From contig JAUIAH010000012.1 in assembly GCA_030425385.1 (NCBI GenBank), positions 1 to 64,000 of the forward strand: a stretch of 64,000 bases of DNA, in the 5' to 3' direction. This document shows positions 40,301 through 47,541 of the stretch, in pieces (within the stretch, counting starts at the first letter, position 1; each line of letters starts with the position of its first letter). The notes under the pieces were generated by a model. The model worked only from the letters and a program-made list of their open reading frames with translations. It had not been told where the DNA came from and did no database searches. The position numbers were made by a program, and so were the translations under genes. Source of the stretch: Verrucomicrobiia bacterium (GTDB lineage: Bacteria; Verrucomicrobiota; Verrucomicrobiia; Verrucomicrobiales; DEV007).

Positions 40301-41642
40301 TACGCACCAGAACCCTACCGGCACGGTGATCCCAGATCAGATCGCTGGGATCGGCAGAAATGGCGATGAAGATGCCAGTCACTTTCACGGCGCCATTGAC
40401 GACCTCGGCATCTGGAATGTGGCGCTCACATCCACACAGATCAATCAACTCATGGAAGGTCCTTCCGATGTGGACCTAGACACGGATGATGATGGCTTGC
40501 TCGATTCCTGGGAGTTAGCCTCCTTTGGCAACCTCGATCAAGATGCGTCTGGCGATCTTGATAATGATGGCCTCGACCATGCCGCAGAGTTTATCGCGAT
40601 GACGCATCCCAACCAGAGTGATTCCGATAACGATGGCGTTCTCGATGGCGAAGAGCTTGACTTTGGCACAGACCCCCTTGATGCGACGAGTGCGCCAGTG
40701 GTGATCACTGAGGGGCTGGGCAAGGGATTGGTGGCTTATTGGCCACTCGATGATGGCGTCGAGGATCCTAGCACCACATCGATTGCCGATGAGATTGGCC
40801 TCTCGCCACTAACGCTCACCTCACCGGAGCCAGCAAACGCATGGCTTACGGGCGATACCGTTCCGACCGCTGGCGGTGTGCGGGTGAATGGCGTTGATGA
40901 CTATATCGTCATCCCGAACACGCCTGCTTTGGACATTCCAGGGGACACCATGAGTCTTTCCATGTGGGTTTTGTTAGATCAGCTTCCCTCAGAGATCGAA
41001 AGTGGCTTTGCCGCCATCTACGATTCTTCAAATGACGCCTACGTGTTCTATTTGGATCGCAATAACGGTGAGCTGCGTTTCAAAGTCACGGCGACGGGAG
41101 CCGCTCGTCCAGGCATTCCAGAAGCTGAGCTCACCACTGGCGAATGGATGCACATCACGGGTGTGTATGATGGCCCCACTGGGGAAGCCCGCATTTATAA
41201 GAATGGCGTTCTTATGAGCACGGTTGGTGGGGTTAGTGGAATCGTTCGGGCAGGTCAACTGGCCGGTATTGGACGTCAAGGTGATGAAGAAGCCAATTAT
41301 TTCTCCGGTGGTGTCGATGACGTTGCCGTGTGGAAACGTATCCTTCTCCCCGATGAGATCATGGACCTTGCCAATGGGGCATCGATCCTAGGGGCGACGG
41401 AACCGGATCCCGATTTCAAAGTCACTTCGATTGCCATTGATGACGCAGGCATCTCCTTGCAATGGGACGCGATTCAGGGGCGTCACTACACCGTTCAATA
41501 CACCGAAGACCTGAGCAGCAACCAATGGTCTGACGTTGTTTCCGATCTCGCCGCACCGATGGATGGTCCAATCACATTCACTGATACCGAGGTGAGAGGG
41601 CTTGAGATTGGATTCTACCGCATTCTTGAACAGGCCAATTAG
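37386..41642 (+). CDS. Giant secreted surface protein (~1418 aa) with three LamG/Concanavalin-A-like lectin domains, each followed by TSP3-type Ca-binding repeats, and a C-terminal FYRI-ending module
   Basis: Signal peptide after start at MIVYLPIKRLSLLLASIHASLLCLAHS. Three ~210-aa units share the pattern GLVSYWPLDDG...AVTLSVWV...FGGIFDS.NDAYVLYLDRG..ELRFKVTA.GA.RPGIP...GEW.H..GVYDG...RIY.NG. Runs of DSD.DG..DGEE repeats. Divergent from the 1261-aa gene. Confidence 0.7.
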   Translation: MIVYLPIKRLSLLLASIHASLLCLAHSQGLADGLVSYWPLDDGLPSRMTTSISDLQGANPLTLDASDPESAWLTGPSAKSRGALQVDGESRYVVVPSSETLDLGTNAVTLSVWVNLAQLPADLPDAFGGIFDSANDAYVLYLDRGANELRFKVTADGAQRPGIPAADLTVGEWMHVVGVYDGVESRIYANGELKDTHAGPTGQVISGQIAGIGRNGDEDRYFLQTAIDEMALWNRALTESEIQTIRDTGLVSIDDSEADGMRDSWEMETFGNLDSDGTGDGDNDGLTDLEEFTHGTLPDTADSDMDGLQDGDEVATYGSDPLHADTDRDGISDSDEVASNTSLTRADTDGDGLTDLEEATVYQTDGTLADSDGDGFTDSQELAAGTDPNVQGDLPGSNTVFLVRSAMAGETWMEPSLWSDGAAPQAGKHYVIPGFGADELVVMAEGETTFPGDSLAVFTGTQLRLSQAGTGVITIPSLVLNGGQLVIEGTTALTLAGEVTVTGNTQIALGAEGDAVTLASTLAGDGQLTVRAPMGETTPRTFILAGSGSTFAGDLIFDHVSLNARTPGSLGNGNVHMISSSIDIDYNAYNPESSLTLAGAGSIIVLDQFLIFKALIIAETTFPDGTYDFAAWEALDPNAADFIMDGGGAIVIGGDSDNDRLLDAWELRYFPDLSTSSGGDDPDGDTLSNEQEFIADTNPTLLDTDADTLSDADEVNTHGTNPLVSDTDGDRLTDAEELAREEPSNPLRADTDADGLSDGDEVLDYLTNPLLADSDEDTYADAFEIHDNGDPLDANVIPRLAQLNLLDGLVSFWTFNDGLTRADTLSIADVQGRNHLQLVSPDAAAAWLSGELAKNDGSLRILGTETYVPVPNTPSLNLTTDAVTLSAWVQLDELPSAMASSFGGIFDSRNDAYVLYLDRGNAELRFKVTATGAERPGIPESELTLGEWLHIAGVYDGAAQESRIYLNGQLMDTHQNPTGTVIPDQIAGIGRNGDEDASHFHGAIDDLGIWNVALTSTQINQLMEGPSDVDLDTDDDGLLDSWELASFGNLDQDASGDLDNDGLDHAAEFIAMTHPNQSDSDNDGVLDGEELDFGTDPLDATSAPVVITEGLGKGLVAYWPLDDGVEDPSTTSIADEIGLSPLTLTSPEPANAWLTGDTVPTAGGVRVNGVDDYIVIPNTPALDIPGDTMSLSMWVLLDQLPSEIESGFAAIYDSSNDAYVFYLDRNNGELRFKVTATGAARPGIPEAELTTGEWMHITGVYDGPTGEARIYKNGVLMSTVGGVSGIVRAGQLAGIGRQGDEEANYFSGGVDDVAVWKRILLPDEIMDLANGASILGATEPDPDFKVTSIAIDDAGISLQWDAIQGRHYTVQYTEDLSSNQWSDVVSDLAAPMDGPITFTDTEVRGLEIGFYRILEQAN

Positions 41643-41674
41643 CGCTCAACGCTGGCCTTTCGCTTATCCAACAA

Positions 41675-41707
41675 GAAGAAGGACTTGGCACAGCCAAGCC
41701 CTTCTTC
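41675..41707. terminator. Bidirectional stem-loop between convergent genes (gaagaaggacttggcacagccaagcccttcttc)
   Basis: Perfect 8-bp outer stem gaagaagg/ccttcttc plus inner cttggc/gccaag pairing. Lies between the stop of the 37386..41642 gene (+) and the stop of the 41731..42642 gene (-). Confidence 0.5.
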
Positions 41708-41730
41708 GCATCCGATCGGTGAGACGGTCG

Positions 41731-42642
41731 TCACTCTGCGAGGCTCACTTCCACGCGAAGCAGTTGCGTGAATGCCGATATCGGAAGATCCCATTCCGTC
41801 GCTCCGCCTTCGGCATCATCTGCTAGCGTGAAGCGATCCAGTTCCACCCAATGCTGGCCGGTGGGGCTGCCTAACAAACGGTAAGTGCGTCCGGGAAGTG
41901 TTTGAAACTCGACACACCCCACGCCGGGTTCATCTTGGCGCATCGTGATGCGATCAATGCCAAAGCGCGACCGCCGATCATTGGGAGCGGTTCCCGCCGC
42001 AAACTCCTGACGCAGTGTCTGACCGTCTCCATCAGCATCCTCGTCAGCGTTGCGCATGGCGAAGGCTTCTTCAAAGGCATCAGGCAAGCCGTTGGCATTG
42101 CGATCAGGGCCCGACCGATCGAAGAGAGCACGCTGGGGTCTATCTGGATCGCCCTCCAAAGGCTCGTAGATCAGGGTGGCCGCCGCAAAGCTGAAACTGA
42201 CATTCTCAGAAGGTGACTGCGCGTGCACCATGTGCACACGGTGGTCGACTACTTGCACGTCTTCGAGAAGGAATTGCACGGTTTCCTCTGAGCGCTTGTT
42301 CTCCGGTCCCAGATAGACCAGGGTGAGCTTTGGAAAGACACGTCCTTCTGCGAGGGCCTCCACGAGTTTGGGGGTGGCTTTGTCTAACGGACGCACAACG
42401 GAGAACGTCTTGCCGATCGTAGGAACGCGTCTTCCTTCGCTCGGGACGCTGCTTTCCAAGTCTAACTGATGACCAAAGGCCTCGACGGCCATCCAGCCTT
42501 GCCATGCCTCTGGCACGCGGTCGCTTTCAGCGGTGAAGGCGTTGTCGTCGCTCTCCAGTTTGAGATAGCCTGTGGGCAGGGCCTTGGCCCCGAGGGGGCA
42601 GAGGAGCAAGAATGCCAGGGCGTTGAGTGAGACCGCTTTCAT
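41731..42642 (-). CDS. Secreted Hcp-like (T6SS tube-protein fold) domain fused to TSP3-type repeats and a C-terminal LRVEV-ending beta-sandwich module
   Basis: Signal peptide MKAVSLNALAFLLLCPLGAKA. Hcp-like blocks GYLKLESDDN...EAWQGWMAVEAF, RPLDKATPKLVEALAEGRVFPKLTLVY and VQFLLEDVQVVDHRV...ENVSFSFAAATLIYEP. Then DRNANGLPDAFEE...DEDADGDGQT and the shared C-terminal module. Confidence 0.6.
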   Translation of the reverse strand: MKAVSLNALAFLLLCPLGAKALPTGYLKLESDDNAFTAESDRVPEAWQGWMAVEAFGHQLDLESSVPSEGRRVPTIGKTFSVVRPLDKATPKLVEALAEGRVFPKLTLVYLGPENKRSEETVQFLLEDVQVVDHRVHMVHAQSPSENVSFSFAAATLIYEPLEGDPDRPQRALFDRSGPDRNANGLPDAFEEAFAMRNADEDADGDGQTLRQEFAAGTAPNDRRSRFGIDRITMRQDEPGVGCVEFQTLPGRTYRLLGSPTGQHWVELDRFTLADDAEGGATEWDLPISAFTQLLRVEVSLAE

Positions 42643-42689
42643 GATCGTATGGTGCTTGGATTGGATTGGATTGGATTTGAAGGCGGGGC

Positions 42690-43292
42690 TTATTTCACTT
42701 CCCGAAGTTCTTCGCGTGCGAGGATCACGAGTTCGTCAGCTTCTCGTAGGGAGACACCTTCCTCGACTTTCCATGAATAGGAGACTTCCTCGGATGGGCG
42801 CCCACTGGCATCGTAGGTCGTGTAGGTCCACTCCACCTTTTCGTAGTTGAAGCTTACTTCCTCCATGGGTACCTCGTTTCCTGCGGCACTCCCATTCACC
42901 GAATAACTTGTGACGAGGACATTGGTCAGTTTGATCTTCAAATAGACGGCTTTCTCTTCTCCCCGTGTGAGTTCCAACTCAGCTTCTGGAATCACTTCTC
43001 CTGTGAGTAGGGCTCGTGCGAGCAAGGGCGATGATTTGTCGAGTTCCTTGACGCATTTAAGGTCCTCTATCACGGCGGCACCCCGACGGCGAGTTGCCCC
43101 TTCGCCCATATCTGGGCGGTGCATGGCTTGGCTGAAAGAAGCGATTTCGATCCAATCCTTGTGGTGGTTATCATTCGATTCGCCCTTGATATCGCCGAGT
43201 TTCAGATAGCCCGCTCCGGAAGCGGCGGAGAGGAGCGTGCCCATGGCGATCACGGTGAGAAACAGTTTGGAGGCGGTTGCTTTGGTATTCAT
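42690..43292 (-). CDS. Secreted Hcp-family (PF05638-like) protein with Sec signal peptide
   Basis: Signal peptide MNTKATASKLFLTVIAMGTLLSAASGA, then GYLKLGDIKGESNDNHHKDWIEIASFSQ, ELDKSSPLLARALLTGEVIPEAELEL, YLKIKLTNVLVTSYSVNGS and EEVSFNYEKVEWTY. These align block-for-block with canonical Hcp1 (FIKIGDVKGESKDK.H..EIDVLAWSWG; IDKSTPNLMMACSSGKH...; YLIITLKEVLVSSVSTGGS; NVTLNFAQVQVDY). Confidence 0.65.
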   Translation of the reverse strand: MNTKATASKLFLTVIAMGTLLSAASGAGYLKLGDIKGESNDNHHKDWIEIASFSQAMHRPDMGEGATRRRGAAVIEDLKCVKELDKSSPLLARALLTGEVIPEAELELTRGEEKAVYLKIKLTNVLVTSYSVNGSAAGNEVPMEEVSFNYEKVEWTYTTYDASGRPSEEVSYSWKVEEGVSLREADELVILAREELREVK

Positions 43293-43492
43293 GACAGGAA
43301 TGTGTTTGTAGTTTGGTTGGAAGAGTGGCGGGCCGTGTTTGGTGACCCGCACGTGGTTACCCCCTTTCAATGCAAACCGATTTCGAAAGGTACACGATTT
43401 CTGCCCATGCCTTTCGGAGAAGAGGGACGTTGGAAATCAGGTTTTAGTTTAGGATGGCCCGATCTGGGCTAGGTTGTGATTCCCCCCTATCA

Positions 43493-44125
43493 ATGGCTGA
43501 TCAGCGATACGTCACCCGTCCCACGCTCCTGTTGCGCTTGCGAGATCGCGAGGATCAGCATTCGTGGACGGAGTTTGTGGAGATCTACGGGCCGCTGATT
43601 CATCGTTTCGCCCTCAGTCGTGGGGTGCCTCACCATGATGCGGCGGATATCACTCAGGATGTGCTGCGAAATGTGTCTCGGGCGATGCAGCGGTTCGAAT
43701 ATAACCCGAAGAAGGGGTCGTTCCGTTCCTGGCTATTCACAGCCGTGCGGCGCGAGATCGGGGGCGCGGCGGAGAAACAACGGCGCAAGCCGGGAACGGC
43801 GGGACCGGATGATGCCGATGCCTACTTGCGGCAACTTCCGGACGAACAGGACACCTTTGATTGGCATGGCGACTACCAGAGGCGTCTGGTGAGTTGGGCC
43901 ATGGCGAAGATCAAAGCGGAGTTTGCTGAGAATACTTGGGGTGCTTTTCTGGCATTGGGTCTCGAGGGCAAGAGTGCGCAAGAGGCATCGGAAGCGCTCG
44001 GAATCACGGTGGGCAGTGCCTACGTGGCCAAGTGTCGCGTGCTGAAACGGCTGACTGAGATGATTCGTTCGGTGGATGATGAGGAATGGGAGGTGGACCT
44101 GATTCGCTCGGAGGGGCGCGGCTGA
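43493..44125 (+). CDS. ECF-type RNA polymerase sigma factor (sigma-70 regions 2 and 4)
   Basis: Region-2 block FVEIYGPLIHRFALSRGVPHHDAADITQDVL and a C-terminal region-4 HTH; ATG at 43493. Confidence 0.8.
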   Translation: MADQRYVTRPTLLLRLRDREDQHSWTEFVEIYGPLIHRFALSRGVPHHDAADITQDVLRNVSRAMQRFEYNPKKGSFRSWLFTAVRREIGGAAEKQRRKPGTAGPDDADAYLRQLPDEQDTFDWHGDYQRRLVSWAMAKIKAEFAENTWGAFLALGLEGKSAQEASEALGITVGSAYVAKCRVLKRLTEMIRSVDDEEWEVDLIRSEGRG

Positions 44126-44170
44126 CGAAATTCATCTCTCGGGCGTAAGGTTTGCCTGCAGCAGAGCCTA

Positions 44171-46384
44171 TTGTTTCATGTGAGCGTGCCCGTGCCATCC
44201 GCCCCATGTCCTGAGAAGTCTGTCCTGACAGATCTCCTGGAGGGGCGTCTCTCCGCTGCGGAGGAGGCGCGTTGCGAAGCGCACGTGGCCGAGTGCTCTT
44301 TGTGTCAATGTGCGCTCGATGCCATGGCGTCTGGTGCGTCCATGGATGGCTTTGCCCTCCGGCAAACAGTGCCTTCCGATGAGGATGTGCGCATCAATGC
44401 GATCTATCAAGGTGGCTCGGAAGATTGGCGTGTGGTGCTCGAACCGAAGCCTCCAGGGCAGTCTGTTCGCGCCTTGATTGGAATGCTAGGATCTTACGAG
44501 ATTGTTTCTCATCTCGCCTCGGGTGGCATGGGCACGGTCTTTCGCGGGTTTGATCCCGGCTCATCGCGCGACGTGGCGATCAAGGTGCTGGCACCGCGCC
44601 TAGCAGCCATCGATTCCTCTCGGCGGCGTTTCTTGAGGGAGGCACGTGCGGCGGCTTCTCTGGAAGACGAGTATATTCTCCCCATCTATCGAGTGCAGGA
44701 CAGTGGTCCTTATCCTTACATTGTCATGCCCCTCAACACGGGTGGCACTCTTGAGGATCTTGTACGTTCACAAGGTCCGTTACCCTTTGAGGAGATTCGC
44801 CGGATCGCTCTCGGCATTGCCAAGGGCTTGCGAGCGGCCCATGCGGCTGGGATCATCCACCGTGATTTGAAGCCGGCTAACATTCTCCTGCAAGGAGACC
44901 GCATTCGCCTGGCCGATTTCGGATTGGCGCGGGTGCAGGATACGCCTCAGCTGACCCTGCCAGGTTCTGTTCCAGGTACTCCGGAATTCATGGCACCCGA
45001 GCAGATCGAGGGCTTGCCGGTGAATCATCGCGCCGATCTCTTCGGCCTGGGGTGTCTCTTGCAATTCATGGCAACGGGCGAGTCTCCTTTTCAGGCAGGC
45101 TCGGTTTCCGCTATCTTGCGGTCCGTGGTCTCGGAGGCGCCTGCGAAGATCACGAGAGAACAACCTGGCTGGTTTTCGAGCGTCCTCGAACGCCTTCTAG
45201 AGAAGGATCCGGATCAACGCTGGCAAACTGCCGATGACGTGATTCAGGCCTTGCAATCGCAGACAAACAAGCGCCGAAGACGAGTTTCTAGACGAGCTGT
45301 CTTGTTAGGAGTAGCGGGTGTTGTCTTGATGGTGGTAGGGGCGCTCATCGCGCCTTTCCTCCGATCCCAGGAGGCGCCTGATCCGGTAACGGTAGCCGAG
45401 ACAGGGATGGGATTCGACACCATTGAGGAAGCCATCGCGCAGGCGCCTTCGGGATCGACTATCATCCTCCAAGATGGGTTATACGAAATTGCTTCGGCTC
45501 TCACACTCTTTCAGCCACTACGGTTTGAAGCGGCTAAGAAGGCGCAACCAGTCTTACGAAGTTTGGCTGTCGACGGCAAGATCTTCGATGCCTATCATGA
45601 TCTCACTCTGGACGGACTAACGCTACGGCACACCTTGCGCGACTTGCAGAAGAGCCGCTCGCTCGTGCAGGCGCGGCAAGGCATCACGGTGCGTCACTGT
45701 CACCTGGAACAGATTTGGAAGGGGGCTGGGAAGCCTGTGCCCTTTCCTGCCGCCATCTACGCGTGGGGCCCGGTGGATGTGTCTCACACCGTCATTGATG
45801 CGACTGCCGGGTGTGCGATCTTCTTGAATGCCAACGAAACGGTTGAGCCTGTTGTTCCCATTCGCGTCGAGCACTCGGCCATCGCCGCAGTGCGCGGGTT
45901 CTTTCTCACAAGCCCGAAACGAGCCGTCACCTGGGACATTCAGCTCCGAGAGAATCATATCGTTGCTGGGGCGTTTGCTAGTTTAGGTGATCACAACTTG
46001 GGCGTCGCTGATTGGGATTTGACACGCTGTCGGATCGAAGCTGCAAGCATGCTCATGGTTCGCGATCCCTGGGTGGACTTTCTAGCGCACACGCTGCCAC
46101 GGACGTCGTGGGACGGGCGGGGCAATGTCTATAGCATGACGCGCTTTGTATGGGCTTGGGAGGGCCGACCGAATGACCCCGCGCTCTTGGAAGATCTCGC
46201 TGGGTGGCTGCAGCTGTGTCCACAAGCGAGTGAGATCAACAGCCACCAATCCGAAGCGCTACTCTTCCTGGATGACCGTCCACAGGACTATCGGGCTCTC
46301 CGCGAGCACTTCAAATCCTGGCTGCCTATCACTGGAGAGGCCCTTGGATTCAAGCCAAACGAGGTGGGGACAAGCGCTCGCTAA
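44171..46384 (+). CDS. Ser/Thr protein kinase with N-terminal anti-sigma-type zf-HC2 motif, one TM segment and a large extracytoplasmic beta-helix-like domain
   Basis: H-x3-C-x2-C motif EAHVAECSLCQ. Kinase subdomains GGMGTVFRG...AIKVL, HRDLKPANILL, DFGLA and APE. TM VLLGVAGVVLMVVGALIAPFL. Start codon uncertain (TTG 44171 / GTG 44180). Confidence 0.8.
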   Translation: MFHVSVPVPSAPCPEKSVLTDLLEGRLSAAEEARCEAHVAECSLCQCALDAMASGASMDGFALRQTVPSDEDVRINAIYQGGSEDWRVVLEPKPPGQSVRALIGMLGSYEIVSHLASGGMGTVFRGFDPGSSRDVAIKVLAPRLAAIDSSRRRFLREARAAASLEDEYILPIYRVQDSGPYPYIVMPLNTGGTLEDLVRSQGPLPFEEIRRIALGIAKGLRAAHAAGIIHRDLKPANILLQGDRIRLADFGLARVQDTPQLTLPGSVPGTPEFMAPEQIEGLPVNHRADLFGLGCLLQFMATGESPFQAGSVSAILRSVVSEAPAKITREQPGWFSSVLERLLEKDPDQRWQTADDVIQALQSQTNKRRRRVSRRAVLLGVAGVVLMVVGALIAPFLRSQEAPDPVTVAETGMGFDTIEEAIAQAPSGSTIILQDGLYEIASALTLFQPLRFEAAKKAQPVLRSLAVDGKIFDAYHDLTLDGLTLRHTLRDLQKSRSLVQARQGITVRHCHLEQIWKGAGKPVPFPAAIYAWGPVDVSHTVIDATAGCAIFLNANETVEPVVPIRVEHSAIAAVRGFFLTSPKRAVTWDIQLRENHIVAGAFASLGDHNLGVADWDLTRCRIEAASMLMVRDPWVDFLAHTLPRTSWDGRGNVYSMTRFVWAWEGRPNDPALLEDLAGWLQLCPQASEINSHQSEALLFLDDRPQDYRALREHFKSWLPITGEALGFKPNEVGTSAR

Positions 46385-46388
46385 CGCC

Positions 46389-47486
46389 CTAACGTTGATA
46401 AATGGGAAGCAATTGGTATGGCGGGGTAAGCGTGAGCACTGCCAAGGAAGTGAAGTAGGCATCGCCAAACTTGGCGTCCCGCCCGTGATCATATTCCCAG
46501 GACCCGTCATCGTCTTGGGCATTGACCAAGGTCGACGCTACCGTGGGATAGAATTCCTGCCAATAGCGCCCACCTAGTTGCGCCATGGCTTGGGCACAAT
46601 AGTACGCGGTGTAGTGATAGCGATTATCTCTTCGATAAAAGTTGGCGTCCATGGGGTGCTCAAGCAGAAAGTCGCCCGCCTCAAGCACTTGGGGATCCTG
46701 ATGCAGGCCGCCGAGAGCTAGTGATAGGGCTCCGATGCCAGTCATGGTCTCACTCGCATCCCCTCGATCGCCTGGCGAATAGGTGAAGGTTCCGTCGCGA
46801 TGTGAGATGTAACAGCGTTTCACAAAACCCATGGCCGCATCGATGAACTCTTTCGGCACATCAAATTCTGCATTCTTGGCGGAACGCAGAAACATCAACT
46901 GCCAACCAGTCACCGAAAGATCCGAGTCGACCTCGTCACGTTTGTAGAGGTAACGCCATCCACCTTGATCTTCAGGGCGCTCCTTCGCTTGGAATTGCAA
47001 TCCCCACGAAAGGTCCAGAGCCTTCTCAATGGCGACTCGAATCCGATCTGATCGTTTGCCCTGGCACATGCCGTAAACTTCGCCTAACATGAGCCCGGCG
47101 ATAGCGTGATTGTAGGTGGCCGTGTGAGGGGCCTCGCGATGCTGATAGGGAGGAGGCGCATCGGCGTAGGTGAAGAGGCCGTTGGGTCGCTGTGTTCCTA
47201 ACACAAAGTCGATTCCTTTTGTCATGGCTTCACCGTAGGGGCCGACGCCGGGACGGTGTCCCCGTGAGAGAAAGGCCATGATGGCAAACGACGTCACGGC
47301 GGGCTGGCCCAAGGCGTGCCCTTCGAAGCTCCCATCAGCCACCTGCTGCCGTGCCAACCAAGCCAATCCGCGGTCCACCGAGTGCTCCACGGCGGCCCAC
47401 TGACGCGCGTCCAGGGTCTCTGGCAAGTCGGCCGCTGCAGGCACGGGGGCGCAGGCGAGGACGAGAAGAAGGAACCATAGACGCAT
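46389..47486 (-). CDS. Prenyltransferase/squalene-oxidase-repeat (terpenoid cyclase beta-barrel-like) secreted protein
   Basis: Signal peptide MRLWFLLLVLACAPVPAAA; repeated alpha-alpha toroid-type motifs (LARQQVADGSFEG...). Confidence 0.55.
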   Translation of the reverse strand: MRLWFLLLVLACAPVPAAADLPETLDARQWAAVEHSVDRGLAWLARQQVADGSFEGHALGQPAVTSFAIMAFLSRGHRPGVGPYGEAMTKGIDFVLGTQRPNGLFTYADAPPPYQHREAPHTATYNHAIAGLMLGEVYGMCQGKRSDRIRVAIEKALDLSWGLQFQAKERPEDQGGWRYLYKRDEVDSDLSVTGWQLMFLRSAKNAEFDVPKEFIDAAMGFVKRCYISHRDGTFTYSPGDRGDASETMTGIGALSLALGGLHQDPQVLEAGDFLLEHPMDANFYRRDNRYHYTAYYCAQAMAQLGGRYWQEFYPTVASTLVNAQDDDGSWEYDHGRDAKFGDAYFTSLAVLTLTPPYQLLPIYQR

Positions 47487-47541
47487 GGGGGATCGTAACG
47501 TGGGGGCTTGTCCGCCGCAAGAAAGCTCGTAGACTACCAGT

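Noticed and set aside
41731-43292. Hcp genes considered as evidence of a T6SS locus
   Set aside because: No TssB/TssC/VgrG/TssM/ClpV-like genes anywhere in the window, and both Hcp-like proteins have signal peptides. Reported instead as Sec-dependent Hcp-like proteins.
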